Shown here piece by piece: positions 1 to 11,270 of a stretch of DNA of 64,000 nt. The notes beneath the pieces are model-generated. The model ran no database searches. It was not told where the DNA came from and saw nothing but the letters and a program-made list of their open reading frames with translations. Source of the stretch: Tortispora ganteri (lineage: Eukaryota); assembly GCA_003707115.1 (NCBI GenBank), contig PPNB01000006.1, positions 248,001 through 312,000 of the forward strand, in the 5' to 3' direction. How positions within the stretch are numbered: the first letter of the stretch is position 1; every line of letters begins with the position of its first letter. The position numbers were made by a program, and so were the translations under genes.

Positions 1-1158
1 GCACAACAGAAAGGTCTTAAGCCTAAAGTTCCTTTCTTTGTCACACCCGGCAGCGACCAGATTCGCAGTACGATTACCCGTGATGGTCTAATTCCGCTTT
101 TTGAGTCGGAAGGTGCTACCGTGTTGGCTAATGCTTGTGGACCTTGTATAGGTCAGTGGCAGCGCGACGATGTTAGCAAAGATGAGCCTAATTCGATTTT
201 GACATCTTACAATCGAAACTTCCGTGCCAGAAATGACGGCAACCCAAATACATTGAACTTCTTGACATCCCCTGATATTGTTACAGCAATGAGTTATGCC
301 GGTGACTTGACATTTAACCCGATTACTGACAGTATAAAACTGGCTGATGGATCTGAGTTCAAATTTGATCCTCCAACTGGTGCTGAGCTGCCCGAGCAAG
401 GGTTTCAAGCTGGTCTGCCTGAATTTCTGCCTGCAGCCGATCCACAACCTGATGAATCAGTGGATATTGCTGTTTCTCCTGAATCTGACAGATTAGCTCT
501 GCTTGAACCCTTTGATGCCTGGAATGGTAAGGAACTATCAACCACTGTTCTTCTGAAAGTTAAAGGTAAATGCACTACCGACCATATTTCTGCTGCTGGT
601 GTGTGGTTGAAGTACAAGGGTCATTTAGAGAATATTAGCAACAACACTCTAATTGGTGCGCAAAATGCTGAGACCGATGAAGTCAATGTTGTGTACGACT
701 TTGATAAGACTCCATTCGGGATCCCCGAGCTCATGATTAAATGGAACAATGAGAACCGACCGTGGTGCGTTGTAGCTGAACACAATTACGGTGAAGGTAG
801 TGCACGAGAGCATGCTGCCTTATCGCCGAGATTCTTAGGTGGAAGGATGATCTTGTGCAAATCGTTTGCAAGAATTCATGAGACCAACTTGAAGAAGCAG
901 GGCATTTTACCCTTGACATTTGACAATGAGAATGACTATGACATTGTCAAGTCATGTTCTAAGCTGGAGACGGAAAATCTCGTCGATATGATAAACAAAG
1001 GTGGCGACAATGGTGGTTTCATCACCTTGAAGCTGACGTTGCCTAACGGCGAAGTTCATCATATCAAGGCTAGACACACAATGTCGGTTGATCAAGTGGA
1101 GTTTTTCAAGGCCGGTAGTGCCATCAACTACATTGGACAAAAAGCTGCAAGTGCATAA
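1..1158 (+). CDS. ACO2: Aconitase-family protein (Aco2/homocitrate dehydratase-like), 5'-truncated by the window edge
   Basis: Frame is open from base 1 (AQQKGLKPKVPFFVTPGSDQ). Carries ANACGPCIGQW (Fe-S Cys), SYNRNF, KCTTDHISAAG, NYGEGSAREHAA and KSFARIHETNLKKQG. GEGSAREH and WLKYKGHLENIS fit Aco2 better than Aco1. Confidence 0.9.
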   Translation, partial: AQQKGLKPKVPFFVTPGSDQIRSTITRDGLIPLFESEGATVLANACGPCIGQWQRDDVSKDEPNSILTSYNRNFRARNDGNPNTLNFLTSPDIVTAMSYAGDLTFNPITDSIKLADGSEFKFDPPTGAELPEQGFQAGLPEFLPAADPQPDESVDIAVSPESDRLALLEPFDAWNGKELSTTVLLKVKGKCTTDHISAAGVWLKYKGHLENISNNTLIGAQNAETDEVNVVYDFDKTPFGIPELMIKWNNENRPWCVVAEHNYGEGSAREHAALSPRFLGGRMILCKSFARIHETNLKKQGILPLTFDNENDYDIVKSCSKLETENLVDMINKGGDNGGFITLKLTLPNGEVHHIKARHTMSVDQVEFFKAGSAINYIGQKAASA

Positions 1159-1281
1159 AGTTAAAGCATTTTATGATCGTTTTATATTGTTAATTGAACG
1201 TTCATGCTAATCGCAACAAGAACCCATTATATGTAATTATAGTAGTTTGGTGTTGTAGGCGTATCATGTAGTCTACTTCTT

Positions 1282-2061
1282 CTAATAGTCTTTTCCGCTG
1301 ACTCTTTCCTTGTAGGCGTTCCAGCCGGCTTCACGATACCTTTGTGCTTCAACTACAGGATCGCGTCCCTTACCGCTGATCCCGCGACCTACAATAATGA
1401 CATCTGAGCCAGAAGCCATCACATCGCTAACAGTTCTGTACTGTTGACCTAGTCCATCACCTTTGTCATCTAGACCAACTCCTGGAGTCATTACTACCCA
1501 GTCTTCATCGGGGTTACCCATAGAATGCTGAGCGATAAATCCGACAACGAAATCGGTGTTCTGTCGCGCAATCTCTAATGTCTTCTGTGCGTATTCGGGC
1601 GTCGTGAGTGCACCTGCAGAAGACATCTCTGCTAATAGCAACAGACCAGACTTCTTGTTACCTGATTTCAACCCCGATATGACGCCAGGTCCCGGGACAG
1701 TATGTGCATTCGTGATATGTGCCCACTGCGCTATTCTATAAACACCAGCTGTGAATTGAGCTTTGACTGTAGATCCTATATCAGCGAACTTTCTGTCTTC
1801 AAAAAGCAAAAATCTGTGTTTCTCTGCAAGCGCGACCAACGGTTCAATAGTTTTAGTGTATTCGAAATCATCAATAATATCTATATGAGTTTTCAGTACA
1901 CAAATGTAGGGTCCAACGCTGTCTGCGAGCTCAAGAAGTTCCTTTGTTGTAGTTACATCCGCAGAAACACACAAATTTGTTTTCTTTTCACTCATTAAAT
2001 TAAACAGCTGCGCCATAACCGCAGATTTCGCCGTTTCAGCTCTTTCCCTGAATGTTCTCAT
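1282..2061 (-). CDS. URA3: Orotidine-5'-phosphate decarboxylase
   Basis: [26 protein letters not shown] signature, [24 protein letters not shown]. Confidence 0.98.
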   Translation of the reverse strand: MRTFRERAETAKSAVMAQLFNLMSEKKTNLCVSADVTTTKELLELADSVGPYICVLKTHIDIIDDFEYTKTIEPLVALAEKHRFLLFEDRKFADIGSTVKAQFTAGVYRIAQWAHITNAHTVPGPGVISGLKSGNKKSGLLLLAEMSSAGALTTPEYAQKTLEIARQNTDFVVGFIAQHSMGNPDEDWVVMTPGVGLDDKGDGLGQQYRTVSDVMASGSDVIIVGRGISGKGRDPVVEAQRYREAGWNAYKERVSGKDY

Positions 2062-2117
2062 ATCTTTAAGTCTTCAGATCTCTTTCTAAGTTTGTCTTTC
2101 CACCACACCACCGCCAA

Positions 2118-2963
2118 ATGCTAGCATCCATACGTCCACGGCTTGTTCGCACAAAAGGCCCTCAATTCAGTGTTCTTGCCGCTACACAGTCACTATTTGA
2201 GCATGCACAGACAGTATCTGGACTACACTGGGCCTTACTTATCCCGCTAGGTACAATCGGTCTCCGTACAGCGTTGTCCCCAATAACCATATACGCTCGC
2301 ATAAAGGCCCGCCAGTCTGTAGAACTGCAACCAATTCTCGCTGGTTGGATAATGAACGTACGTAAACGGCTTTTAAATGCCAGATCAGACATCTCTGGTG
2401 CGCCATTAGACTCTGCAACTAAAAATTCCCGATCACTCTCGACCGAAGAGATCAAGCTACTTACGCAAAAGGAATTCTCGCGTAAACGCAAGGAACTATA
2501 TCGTACACATGGCTGCCAGATATATAAGCAAATACTTCCAGGGTTTATTCAAATTCCAGTATGGGTCACTGTAAGTCTCACTATTAGGAACATGTGCGAC
2601 TGGATGAATAACCCTGCAGTCGTTCCTGCTGCCTCATTCAATGTCCCCTTCGATCTCGGCCCAATACATGTTATTAGCCTTTTAGAACCAAGTTCAGCTT
2701 TGGCTCTACTCATTTGCGTTATGGGTCTCGTTAACGTTCAAATTAATAATCACTACTTCCTTAAACGCCACTCACATCCGCCCCGTCTCTTCACAATCAT
2801 ATCCAATGCCTCCATGATAGGAGTACTTGCCCTTACAGGCGTCGCATTTTATTCTCCGACTGCCGTGTCTCTATATTGGGCATCCTCTACTGTTTTCTCT
2901 CTAGCACAAAATGTTGCACTGAACTATTGCCTGCCTATAGGCTACTCACCTGAATTCAAGTAG
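2118..2963 (+). CDS. COX18: Mitochondrial inner-membrane insertase of the Oxa1/YidC family, Cox18-like
   Basis: Presequence-like N-terminus, SGLHWALLIPLGTIGLR, QIPVWVTVSLTIR, PTAVSLYWASS, QN near the C-terminus. Confidence 0.85.
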   Translation: MLASIRPRLVRTKGPQFSVLAATQSLFEHAQTVSGLHWALLIPLGTIGLRTALSPITIYARIKARQSVELQPILAGWIMNVRKRLLNARSDISGAPLDSATKNSRSLSTEEIKLLTQKEFSRKRKELYRTHGCQIYKQILPGFIQIPVWVTVSLTIRNMCDWMNNPAVVPAASFNVPFDLGPIHVISLLEPSSALALLICVMGLVNVQINNHYFLKRHSHPPRLFTIISNASMIGVLALTGVAFYSPTAVSLYWASSTVFSLAQNVALNYCLPIGYSPEFK

Positions 2964-2964
2964 A

Positions 2965-4479
2965 CTAACCTTGCACCATTAATTTTTGCTTCCTAATTTC
3001 ATGCATCTTCAACAGCAAATCTATTCTCAAGTTCCACGCCTTCTCGAACTCCGTTTCACTGAACCGTGAAACACTCTTCATTGCTCTCAGCCGCATTTGG
3101 CGCTGCTCTTTTTCTGGCATCGATAACACTCTCTCGATTACGTTGGACAGTGTGTCGTAGTCAGCGCTGTTGTTGTCTTCCTTAGTTGCAAAATGAAATC
3201 CTGTTGGCTCACCTTCAAACGGCACAATAATATCCTGCAGCGGACCTCCAGATGCGTGCGCAATGGGTATAGCGCCCAACGTCATATACTCCACAAGCAC
3301 TATCCCGAAATGCTCGTTCCACATCGCATTCAACCCCGCTGTGGCGATAGATAATAGCCGCTGCACTTCTGACCACGGGGCGTCTAGGACAAATTGTACC
3401 TGCTTCGAGATTCCCAGTTGTTTTGCCATAGTTTTCAGTCTTTCGACACTTTCAGCGTCTGAGCTGTCGGGACGTACAGAACCAATCAGTATGAGTTTTG
3501 ACTTTTTGCCTTCGGTAGTGCCCTTTTGCAGGAACTTTGCATACTCTGAGATTAGCACCTCGTGTCGTTTTTCAGGGCGGAACTGGCCGACAGCCACCAA
3601 ATGCGGTGGCCGCTCTGTCTGCGCTAGGCGTAAGTCGGGCTCGGTCTGGAAACATGGTGGGTAGAGTATATCGATATGATTCGTTTTGTGGCCCATCCAC
3701 CATAGCTGAACTATATGTGCGTGCGTCCATGATGAATTGGCAACGACGAGCTCCGGATACGAACCGACAAACGTGTATAACCATGAGAACCAGCGCCAGT
3801 ATAGGCTCTTGATCCACTTGTAAGGCGAAAGACCCGGTTTGAGGGCGCCGAGCATGTCAGTAGATATCGTGGGGTAGTGTACATATGCAAATATAGGAAC
3901 GTTAAGCAACCAATGAACTAGAGGGTAGGTGAATGCATAGCCCATAGTATCGACGAATATATCTGGTGGTAGGTTGGATATAGCTTCGTAGCCGAGAACG
4001 ATAGAGCCCAACGATTGGCCTAGCAGTGTGAAATGTGGCCATCGCTCTGCAGATACAAGATTGCGTTTTCTGAGAAATACAAACTCGATACGAGACCTGT
4101 CGAGCGTCACGTTGAAGCGCGATTCGGCGCGGTTTAGGATGTCGTTAGAGCTGGAATCATCACCAGTGTATATGACGATTCCAGTATTAAAACTCTTTAA
4201 AGTGGACTCGATAGCGACCCACAATACACGTTCTCCGCCACCTCCTGCATCGCAATACGGATGGAAGAATCCCACTATAACAGGTACAGAGACTGTCTTT
4301 TTAAGGTGTTCGAGGAAGAGGTATTTGCGAGAGTAGTCTATGACGAAGATATGCTGTATCAGCTTCAGCAATCCTTGTAAAGTCCAATGGCTCGTAAAAG
4401 CTATAAATCCTGTAATTGCAAGCAATCCTAGCACATAGAATAGTGCATTATCTATAAATGTTGGTTCTCTAACGTTCAT
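2965..4479 (-). CDS. ALG11: GDP-Man:Man3GlcNAc2-PP-Dol alpha-1,2-mannosyltransferase
   Basis: N-terminal TM, GFFHPYCDAGGGGERVLW, DTMGYAFTYP, YVHYPTISTDML, QFRPEK, MWNEHFGIVLVEYM, SGGPLQDI. Confidence 0.97.
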   Translation of the reverse strand: MNVREPTFIDNALFYVLGLLAITGFIAFTSHWTLQGLLKLIQHIFVIDYSRKYLFLEHLKKTVSVPVIVGFFHPYCDAGGGGERVLWVAIESTLKSFNTGIVIYTGDDSSSNDILNRAESRFNVTLDRSRIEFVFLRKRNLVSAERWPHFTLLGQSLGSIVLGYEAISNLPPDIFVDTMGYAFTYPLVHWLLNVPIFAYVHYPTISTDMLGALKPGLSPYKWIKSLYWRWFSWLYTFVGSYPELVVANSSWTHAHIVQLWWMGHKTNHIDILYPPCFQTEPDLRLAQTERPPHLVAVGQFRPEKRHEVLISEYAKFLQKGTTEGKKSKLILIGSVRPDSSDAESVERLKTMAKQLGISKQVQFVLDAPWSEVQRLLSIATAGLNAMWNEHFGIVLVEYMTLGAIPIAHASGGPLQDIIVPFEGEPTGFHFATKEDNNSADYDTLSNVIERVLSMPEKEQRQMRLRAMKSVSRFSETEFEKAWNLRIDLLLKMHEIRKQKLMVQG

Positions 4480-4658
4480 ATATATATATTAATATGGTGT
4501 TTAGATAGAGATGTAAGGTCTATTGGACTACCATACTGGGAATTTCCCACTAACATTAAGTTCTAGATACTTTACACTATCATAGTAAGTGAACAAAAAA
4601 TTACATATACCTATAAAAAAAAAACCTCAGCTTTTGGTTACGCAAGAAATCCGCTGAA

Positions 4659-6182
4659 ATGCTGAACCGACTACATGCTGTCCGATACATAAGCGGTCAC
4701 ATATCATGGAGGAGATCATTGACAAGCGCATACAGTCGTTGTTACCCCGAGAAATCAGCAGAAAAGTCGAAACCTGCGTCTGCAGCTGTCCAGACTCCAC
4801 CACAATTGAGTGATTACTCATCTACATTGTACCATCTGTCTAAAGCACCTGGCGGCTTGTTTATAAATGAGATTTCAGCTCTTGTTGATGCAATGGTCCT
4901 AGACCACCAACAGATCGATGCAAATACACTTAGTACACTCTGTAAAGTTGCGGCAGAAGCAAAACACCCGCCTTTCGTCAGATGGACCCTCGATCTTGCC
5001 GAAAAATACAAACTCAAACTCTCAACCGTCGACAAAAAATGTATTATTACCGCATACCTCAACTGTAACAATTTGGACGCTGCTGTCGAGTTACTCCAGG
5101 ACCTCATACGCCGACAATCCTTCTACCCCATCACAGACACTGTAGAGGACGTCCTATTTGCACTTGCTACTACTGGGAACGCTCAAGCAGTTTCATATGC
5201 ATGTAAATTGCTTCGATCTTACTTTGAGACGCATGATCATCTCGGCTCCTCTGCAATATGGGGTATACTGCTGAACGCTGCTGCTAGAACTATGCTCTAT
5301 GACGAGCTTGTATACCTGTGGGACACCGCAGTTGCACACAAGAAATTTCTCGATCCTGATGATGGCACAGTCATTGACGCCCTTGCGGTTTTTGCGCGAA
5401 ATAACGACCCGGCTAGAGCATGGGCTGCCGTGCACCTCTACCTGTCTCGGCCCGGAAATATCCAGACCCCGCGCATATTCTCGTACTTGCTACAGGCTCA
5501 TACAAAGTCCACTACCATAGAAGAATGCTGGCAGATGATAGATTTAAATCTCCATACAGACATGAAACTTAAACTTATTGACGTCCTGCCGTTCGTCGAG
5601 TGGATCACCACTTCAGAACCCTATACAACTAAGTCAATATCTATCGTTGAAGGTCTTTACCAACGTGACCTCTCAAACCCTCTAATGATGAACATACTTA
5701 TATCTGCTTTATGCCGCAGAAGAAAACTAAGTCGCGCTCTGGAGCTCCGTAAGAATTTCATTACAAAATACGGAATAGTCCCCGATGCGGACACCTACTA
5801 CACTCTCATCAAGGCGTCGATTCACAATAGAAATACCAACATATACCAACAACTTTATGAAGAATATTTTGGGGATGGAGAGAGGAGCAAACCTGACCGT
5901 CGAATTCTTTCCTTACTCATCAGCTCGGTCCTAAAGACGCTAGAGGACGAATCATTGAGCAAAGCCTTGCGGTATTACAGCGACGCCAAAAAGCACGACA
6001 TTAACTTGAGCAGACACACTGTAGGATTACTTGCATTGGCATGTGATAGTGTTAAACACCCTTTTACGAACGATTTGCTGCTGTCATTACCCGAAGGTAC
6101 TACTCTGCTCGAAGATGACTTGAACGAGGCGCTTAAAAGAAGAGGACTCGTGACGCAAGAAACAGGACAAGAAGATAAATAG
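4659..6182 (+). CDS. Mitochondrial pentatricopeptide-repeat (PPR)-like protein
   Basis: Arg/Ser-rich presequence. Helical repeats resembling PPR, e.g. LMMNILISALCRRRKLSRALELRKNFITKYGIVPD and DTYYTLIKA. Confidence 0.7.
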   Translation: MLNRLHAVRYISGHISWRRSLTSAYSRCYPEKSAEKSKPASAAVQTPPQLSDYSSTLYHLSKAPGGLFINEISALVDAMVLDHQQIDANTLSTLCKVAAEAKHPPFVRWTLDLAEKYKLKLSTVDKKCIITAYLNCNNLDAAVELLQDLIRRQSFYPITDTVEDVLFALATTGNAQAVSYACKLLRSYFETHDHLGSSAIWGILLNAAARTMLYDELVYLWDTAVAHKKFLDPDDGTVIDALAVFARNNDPARAWAAVHLYLSRPGNIQTPRIFSYLLQAHTKSTTIEECWQMIDLNLHTDMKLKLIDVLPFVEWITTSEPYTTKSISIVEGLYQRDLSNPLMMNILISALCRRRKLSRALELRKNFITKYGIVPDADTYYTLIKASIHNRNTNIYQQLYEEYFGDGERSKPDRRILSLLISSVLKTLEDESLSKALRYYSDAKKHDINLSRHTVGLLALACDSVKHPFTNDLLLSLPEGTTLLEDDLNEALKRRGLVTQETGQEDK

Positions 6183-6250
6183 AAACGTTCGGGCCATAAT
6201 GTCTACATATACACGAAAATATTAAATGCTGATTGGAACATAAGCGTATA

Positions 6251-7606
6251 TTAACGATCTACTTCACCGAAAACTAAATCCATAGTGCCAATAATGGCCA
6301 CAGCATCAGGCAGGAAATGACCACGGGCAATATGATCGAAGCCTCCCAAATGAGCAAACCCAGGAGCTCTAATTTTACATCGGTAAGGTCTTTCAGAGCC
6401 GTCAGAAACCAAATAAACACCCATTTCTCCCTTGGGCGCTTCAATGGCAGTGTATGTTTCACCGGGGGGAACAGCATAACCCTTAGTGAACAATAAGAAG
6501 TGGTGAATGAGCGACTCCATATCTGATTTCATTAAGGCTCTAGGAGGAGGAGAAATTTTGTAGTCTTCCACCTTCACTGCGCCAGCCGGCATGTCATTGC
6601 AGCACTGTTCGATAATGCGGAGAGATTGACGGAACTCTGCCATTCTGCACAAATACCTGTCGTAACAGTCACCGTTGATGCCCACAGGAATGTCAAATTC
6701 AACTCTATCATAAGCATCATAAGGCTGAGCCTTGCGGACATCCCAGGGAACACCTGATCCACGGAGCATGACACCAGTGAAGGAATGGTTAAGTGCATCT
6801 TCAGCGGTAACGACTCCAACATCCTGAGTACGGAGCTTCCATATACGATTATCGGTAAGCATCTCTTCAGTCTCATCAATACGATCACCAAACTGAGTAG
6901 CCCACATGTATATGTCATCTAGAAGGCCGGCGGGGATATCTTGAGAGACTCCTCCGGGACGGACGTAGGCAGAGTGCAGTCGTGCTCCAGACACACGCTC
7001 GTAAAATTCCATCAATTTCTCACGCTCTTCGAAACCCCACAAGAAAGGTGTGAGGGCACCCACATCCATAGCATGAGATAGCACGGACATGAGATGATTT
7101 AATATACGGGTGATTTCACCAAACATAGTGCGAATATATTTAGCACGGAGAGGTACCTCTACATTGAGGAGCTTTTCCACAGCCAGCGAGAAGACTTGTT
7201 CGTTCGTCATCATTGAGACGTAATCTAGGCGATCAAAGTAAGGTAATGCTTGCATATATGTCTTATATTCGATGAGTTTCTCAGTACCTCTGTGAAGTAA
7301 ACCTACATGAGGATCGGAACGTACAATCTCTTCACCATCGAGCTCCAATATGAGTCTCAATACACCATGGGCTGCAGGATGTTGCGGGCCAAAATTCACA
7401 GTGAAATGTCTCACTTTTCGCAGTAAAGCAGGTTCAATCGGACCGTGTACTTCTGATTCATGCTGGCGCCGGATTTCAGCAGTAGCCGTGATTTCTTCGA
7501 GTTTGGTAGGTTCCCATTGGCGATTTAAATCCTCAGGACGAGCTGCTCGAATTAATGAAGCAGTTGAAAAAGCTCTTCTATGAGCTCGCACTAAACATCG
7601 CAACAT
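6251..7606 (-). CDS. NUCM: NADH:ubiquinone oxidoreductase 49-kDa subunit (NDUFS2/NUCM)
   Basis: [41 protein letters not shown]-terminal DLVFGEVDR, mitochondrial presequence. Confidence 0.98.
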   Translation of the reverse strand: MLRCLVRAHRRAFSTASLIRAARPEDLNRQWEPTKLEEITATAEIRRQHESEVHGPIEPALLRKVRHFTVNFGPQHPAAHGVLRLILELDGEEIVRSDPHVGLLHRGTEKLIEYKTYMQALPYFDRLDYVSMMTNEQVFSLAVEKLLNVEVPLRAKYIRTMFGEITRILNHLMSVLSHAMDVGALTPFLWGFEEREKLMEFYERVSGARLHSAYVRPGGVSQDIPAGLLDDIYMWATQFGDRIDETEEMLTDNRIWKLRTQDVGVVTAEDALNHSFTGVMLRGSGVPWDVRKAQPYDAYDRVEFDIPVGINGDCYDRYLCRMAEFRQSLRIIEQCCNDMPAGAVKVEDYKISPPPRALMKSDMESLIHHFLLFTKGYAVPPGETYTAIEAPKGEMGVYLVSDGSERPYRCKIRAPGFAHLGGFDHIARGHFLPDAVAIIGTMDLVFGEVDR

Positions 7607-7906
7607 TTCTCAGATTCTTAACCTGTATATAAGACAATTAGAGAACAAATGCTAGAAGTTCCAAAATGCTAAAAGGCAGCTTGTTCAATAAAAGCAACGC
7701 TTTTGGGTCTGGTTAGGATGTCGAGAGATGGTAGATTCAGTGCTTTTTGATTGGTCAACGGCAATTTCCTTATAGCAATTGATCGGTCTCAATGTTACGC
7801 TCTAACAGTACTTGAGTTTTCTCCCAATTTTCACCATCACTCCGGACCGCTTAAGTTAGTCATTAGATTAAACCATTTTAATTTCTATTATAATAACCAA
7901 TTAAAT

Positions 7907-8971
7907 ATGACTAAAACGAAAGTAGGTGTTCTAGGTGCTACTGGAAGTGTTGGACAAAGGTTTATTTTACTACTTAAAGACCATCCTACACTTGAACTAG
8001 TGGCACTTGGTGCCTCACCGCGTTCCGCTGGTAAGAAGTACTCTGAAGCAGTCAATTGGCAGCAAACTACATTATTGCCAGATGAAGCCGCAGATATCAT
8101 AGTATCTCCGTGCGATCCATCTTATTTTACTAATTGTAAGGTCGTATTTTCTGGTCTTGATGCTGATGTTGCTGGAGACGTCGAGAAGGCTTTTGCCGAA
8201 GCTGGTCTTGCTGTAATTTCTAATGCCAAAAACTACCGACGAGAGCCTCATGTGCCTCTTGTCGTTCCACTTGTCAACACCGACCACCTGTCTATTCTCA
8301 AAACTAGAAAGACACCAGGATTTATAGTATGCAACTCTAATTGCTCTACAGCAGGCCTGGTCGTGCCACTCAAGGCATTGACTGCCCTCGGCCCCATTGA
8401 TGCAGTCTCCGTGACCACCATGCAAGCGCTCTCTGGTGCAGGATTCTCTCCTGGTGTACCTAGTATGTCTATTCTTGATAATGTAATTCCGTTCATTGGC
8501 GGTGAAGAAGAAAAAATGGAGTATGAAACTCGTAAAATACTCGGCTCCGTGTCTGCGGACGGAACTACTATTACTGATATACCGGTCTCTGATATTAAAG
8601 TGTCTGCTCAGTGCAACAGAGTCGCTGTAACTGATGGCCACTTGGAATGTGTAAGTATTCGTTTTGCGCACCATCCTCCTCCAACTTTGGAACAGGTCAA
8701 AGAGGCTCTACGCACTTATGAATGTGCTCCACAAAGCGCTGGCTGCCCTTCTGCACCCAAACACGCCATTCATCTGCTAGAACAACCAGACAGACCCCAA
8801 CCGCGTTTAGATCGTGATCGTGATGCCGGATATGGAGTATCCGTTGGAAGAGTTCGTAAGGATCCTCTTTTAGACTACAAATTCGTGGTTCTTTCGCACA
8901 ACACTGTAATTGGTGCTGCTGGTTCTGGAATACTCATTGCCGAATACTTGATCTCTCAAAATGTCATATAA
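7907..8971 (+). CDS. HOM2: Aspartate-semialdehyde dehydrogenase
   Basis: Start moved to ATG 7907 ([19 protein letters not shown]). Motifs [31 protein letters not shown]. Confidence 0.97.
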   Translation: MTKTKVGVLGATGSVGQRFILLLKDHPTLELVALGASPRSAGKKYSEAVNWQQTTLLPDEAADIIVSPCDPSYFTNCKVVFSGLDADVAGDVEKAFAEAGLAVISNAKNYRREPHVPLVVPLVNTDHLSILKTRKTPGFIVCNSNCSTAGLVVPLKALTALGPIDAVSVTTMQALSGAGFSPGVPSMSILDNVIPFIGGEEEKMEYETRKILGSVSADGTTITDIPVSDIKVSAQCNRVAVTDGHLECVSIRFAHHPPPTLEQVKEALRTYECAPQSAGCPSAPKHAIHLLEQPDRPQPRLDRDRDAGYGVSVGRVRKDPLLDYKFVVLSHNTVIGAAGSGILIAEYLISQNVI

Positions 8972-9001
8972 TATCTCTAAATAATAGAAAATGAAAAACC
9001 T

Positions 9002-11146
9002 TTATGCTTTAGTGGTCCTCGCTTTGATTAGAAAATCGTTTGTAAGTACATGTTTTTGCTCTGGCGCACCGCTTGCTCTTTCAGCAGCAAGTCTTCGCCG
9101 TTTCTTTCGCTCATACGCATCCAACAGGGCGTCCTTAGTTTGCTGCAAACCCTCAGAAAAATTAATCTCAGTTAACTTGAGTACAGAATCCACGTTCTCA
9201 GGCGTATATTCGAAGTTCCAAGTGCTCAAAAATGGAGTCTCGTCAGGTAGAACGTTTTCAACCGCTTTGTTAGGAATCAGCGGGAAATAGACGACAGTTA
9301 TACCAGAAGCTTCAATCTCTTCTTCCTTGTCTAAATCGGATTCCGAATTCTTCTCCACTTTGGAGGTATACACGTGACAGGGTGTGAGCTCTTTATATAC
9401 AGGCTCGCCGGTTGTGGCAGCAGGCTTTTCCACAGATTCGGGATCTTTTTCCATCTTTTCTGACTTTTCTGTGTCTAGCGGTTTCGAGTCAGAGGAGCTG
9501 ATAGGCCAGCCCTTCAGCCCTCGCTTTTTGGCATAGCCTTCAACCATCTCGAGCCACTGGACCTGATGTATATCAGCGGATGCATCGAACGCTATCAAAA
9601 CGTCGACTTGGCGAGATGGACGCAACATCGAGTAGATAGCTAAATTGTTAGACATACCGGCGTCCATTAATTCTATTCTGTCAATATGTTTCAGACTTTC
9701 CGGGCATTCATTAGGCAATAGACTTTCCATTCCCTTAACATAATTTGGCACGCTAGAAGGAGCGATGGGGTGTACACCCAGCATGTCGGAGTCATTATCC
9801 ATGATAATACTATCAAGCCACTTGAATATTGCACTCTTAGGTACAGCAGGTCGGATTTCTTTATAGTAGTGGCTTAAAGTGGCACAAAAGGCTGACCCAT
9901 ACACTCCGAGAAGCAGAGAAAGGCCATCTTCCGGGGGATTTTCGCTTTCGCTTTTAGACACGCCGCCTTGAAACTCGCGGCCCAAGGACCAGGTAGGAAT
10001 CCACATGTTCAATTCTTCGCAACCAAACTCGTGAGGAGTCACTTCAAACCATTGGAAGTAGTTCTCACCAGCGGCCTCCTTTTTCTCCGTAGAACTTGGA
10101 GGGGTTTCTGGATCTGCGGTAGGGATCTCGTGGCGCACGCAGGAGTATATAGGTAGTGGCTGTGATCCGTCTGCTATTTTGCTTGCTTGGTGAGACGTTT
10201 TGAGAGTTTTCATGTCTACTTCAAAAGGATTTTCAGTGACAAAGAGGCGCGCGGCGAGTAGCACGCCGTACATATCTGAAAGAGCGGGTTGGACTCCGCG
10301 ATTATAGCGAACGATAGGGGTAGTTAGAAGATACTCAGCAGTAGGAGAGCTGATGAGGTAGTCAATTGTAGGCTTTGGATAAGCTATATGAACGTTCATG
10401 ACAGACTTGATGTGAGATATGAACTTGTCGAAGTCACAGTCGCACATGGAGTAGTAGAGGGCCATGAACCAGGTAGAGCCGCTAACACCGCCGATGTAGG
10501 TTGCGCAGTCGAAGAGACCTGCATGTTTGGCGGCCTTGAGGTACCCAGCGGTAGATGTCATTGCACGATAGCCTCCACCAGAGCCGACAAGTCCGACTAC
10601 AGGCACATCGCGATCATCTATTTGGTCTATGGGAATATTGAGGAAATGGGCGAGGCCTTTCTTGACTGCTTGTCTGCGATTAGCGAGAAATTGCTGTTCT
10701 TGGATGCAAAGATCATTACCAAGACGGACCGAAGCAGTTTTGAGAATTTCTGGATGTAAATTTGGATCTTTGCTAGAAGCGAGGATCTGGCCGCCAAGGG
10801 AGTCAGGCGTGGTCTCGGCGAGCGATTGAAGCTTCTCGATATATCGCTGAAGGTCTGTAAGGTAGGTAGATGTGAAAAAAGAGCGAAGCTTTTGAAAATA
10901 GACAGATTCTTCTAAATTAGCAAAATCTAAGAGATCATCTTTTGATTTCTGAAGGCTGTCAATAGTGGATATCCATCTATCTTTAATAGTTTGAAGCCAG
11001 TCAGAGGGCTCATCATTCTTTATGGGTTTGGATGATCTAGACCAAAAGGAAGCTGTACCAATAGCAATCAAGCTAGCTGATGAATACACATAAAACCTGT
11101 TTCTACGTGTTTCATTTAATAATATAGTCGATCTTCTTGTAAACAT
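9002..11146 (-). CDS. Cytosolic phospholipase A2-like protein (PLA2c/lysophospholipase catalytic domain)
   Basis: GSGGGYRAM oxyanion motif, GVSGSTW catalytic Ser, LMDAGM catalytic Asp, PLPIYSCVRHE, FQWFEVTP. Confidence 0.88.
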   Translation of the reverse strand: MFTRRSTILLNETRRNRFYVYSSASLIAIGTASFWSRSSKPIKNDEPSDWLQTIKDRWISTIDSLQKSKDDLLDFANLEESVYFQKLRSFFTSTYLTDLQRYIEKLQSLAETTPDSLGGQILASSKDPNLHPEILKTASVRLGNDLCIQEQQFLANRRQAVKKGLAHFLNIPIDQIDDRDVPVVGLVGSGGGYRAMTSTAGYLKAAKHAGLFDCATYIGGVSGSTWFMALYYSMCDCDFDKFISHIKSVMNVHIAYPKPTIDYLISSPTAEYLLTTPIVRYNRGVQPALSDMYGVLLAARLFVTENPFEVDMKTLKTSHQASKIADGSQPLPIYSCVRHEIPTADPETPPSSTEKKEAAGENYFQWFEVTPHEFGCEELNMWIPTWSLGREFQGGVSKSESENPPEDGLSLLLGVYGSAFCATLSHYYKEIRPAVPKSAIFKWLDSIIMDNDSDMLGVHPIAPSSVPNYVKGMESLLPNECPESLKHIDRIELMDAGMSNNLAIYSMLRPSRQVDVLIAFDASADIHQVQWLEMVEGYAKKRGLKGWPISSSDSKPLDTEKSEKMEKDPESVEKPAATTGEPVYKELTPCHVYTSKVEKNSESDLDKEEEIEASGITVVYFPLIPNKAVENVLPDETPFLSTWNFEYTPENVDSVLKLTEINFSEGLQQTKDALLDAYERKKRRRLAAERASGAPEQKHVLTNDFLIKARTTKA

Positions 11147-11270
11147 TGCCTCAGTGCGCTTTGCAGCAGATGAAAGGCGGTGGTCAAACCTAAATTGTTA
11201 CTGACTTTCGACTGAGTTCACCATATTTCTAATATTCGACAATTACGAAGAAACACGTTAATAACTCAAT

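Noticed and set aside
8072..8674. Long antisense ORF within HOM2, and similar shadow ORFs in other genes
   Set aside because: Fully nested opposite conserved genes, and the translations have no recognisable protein features.
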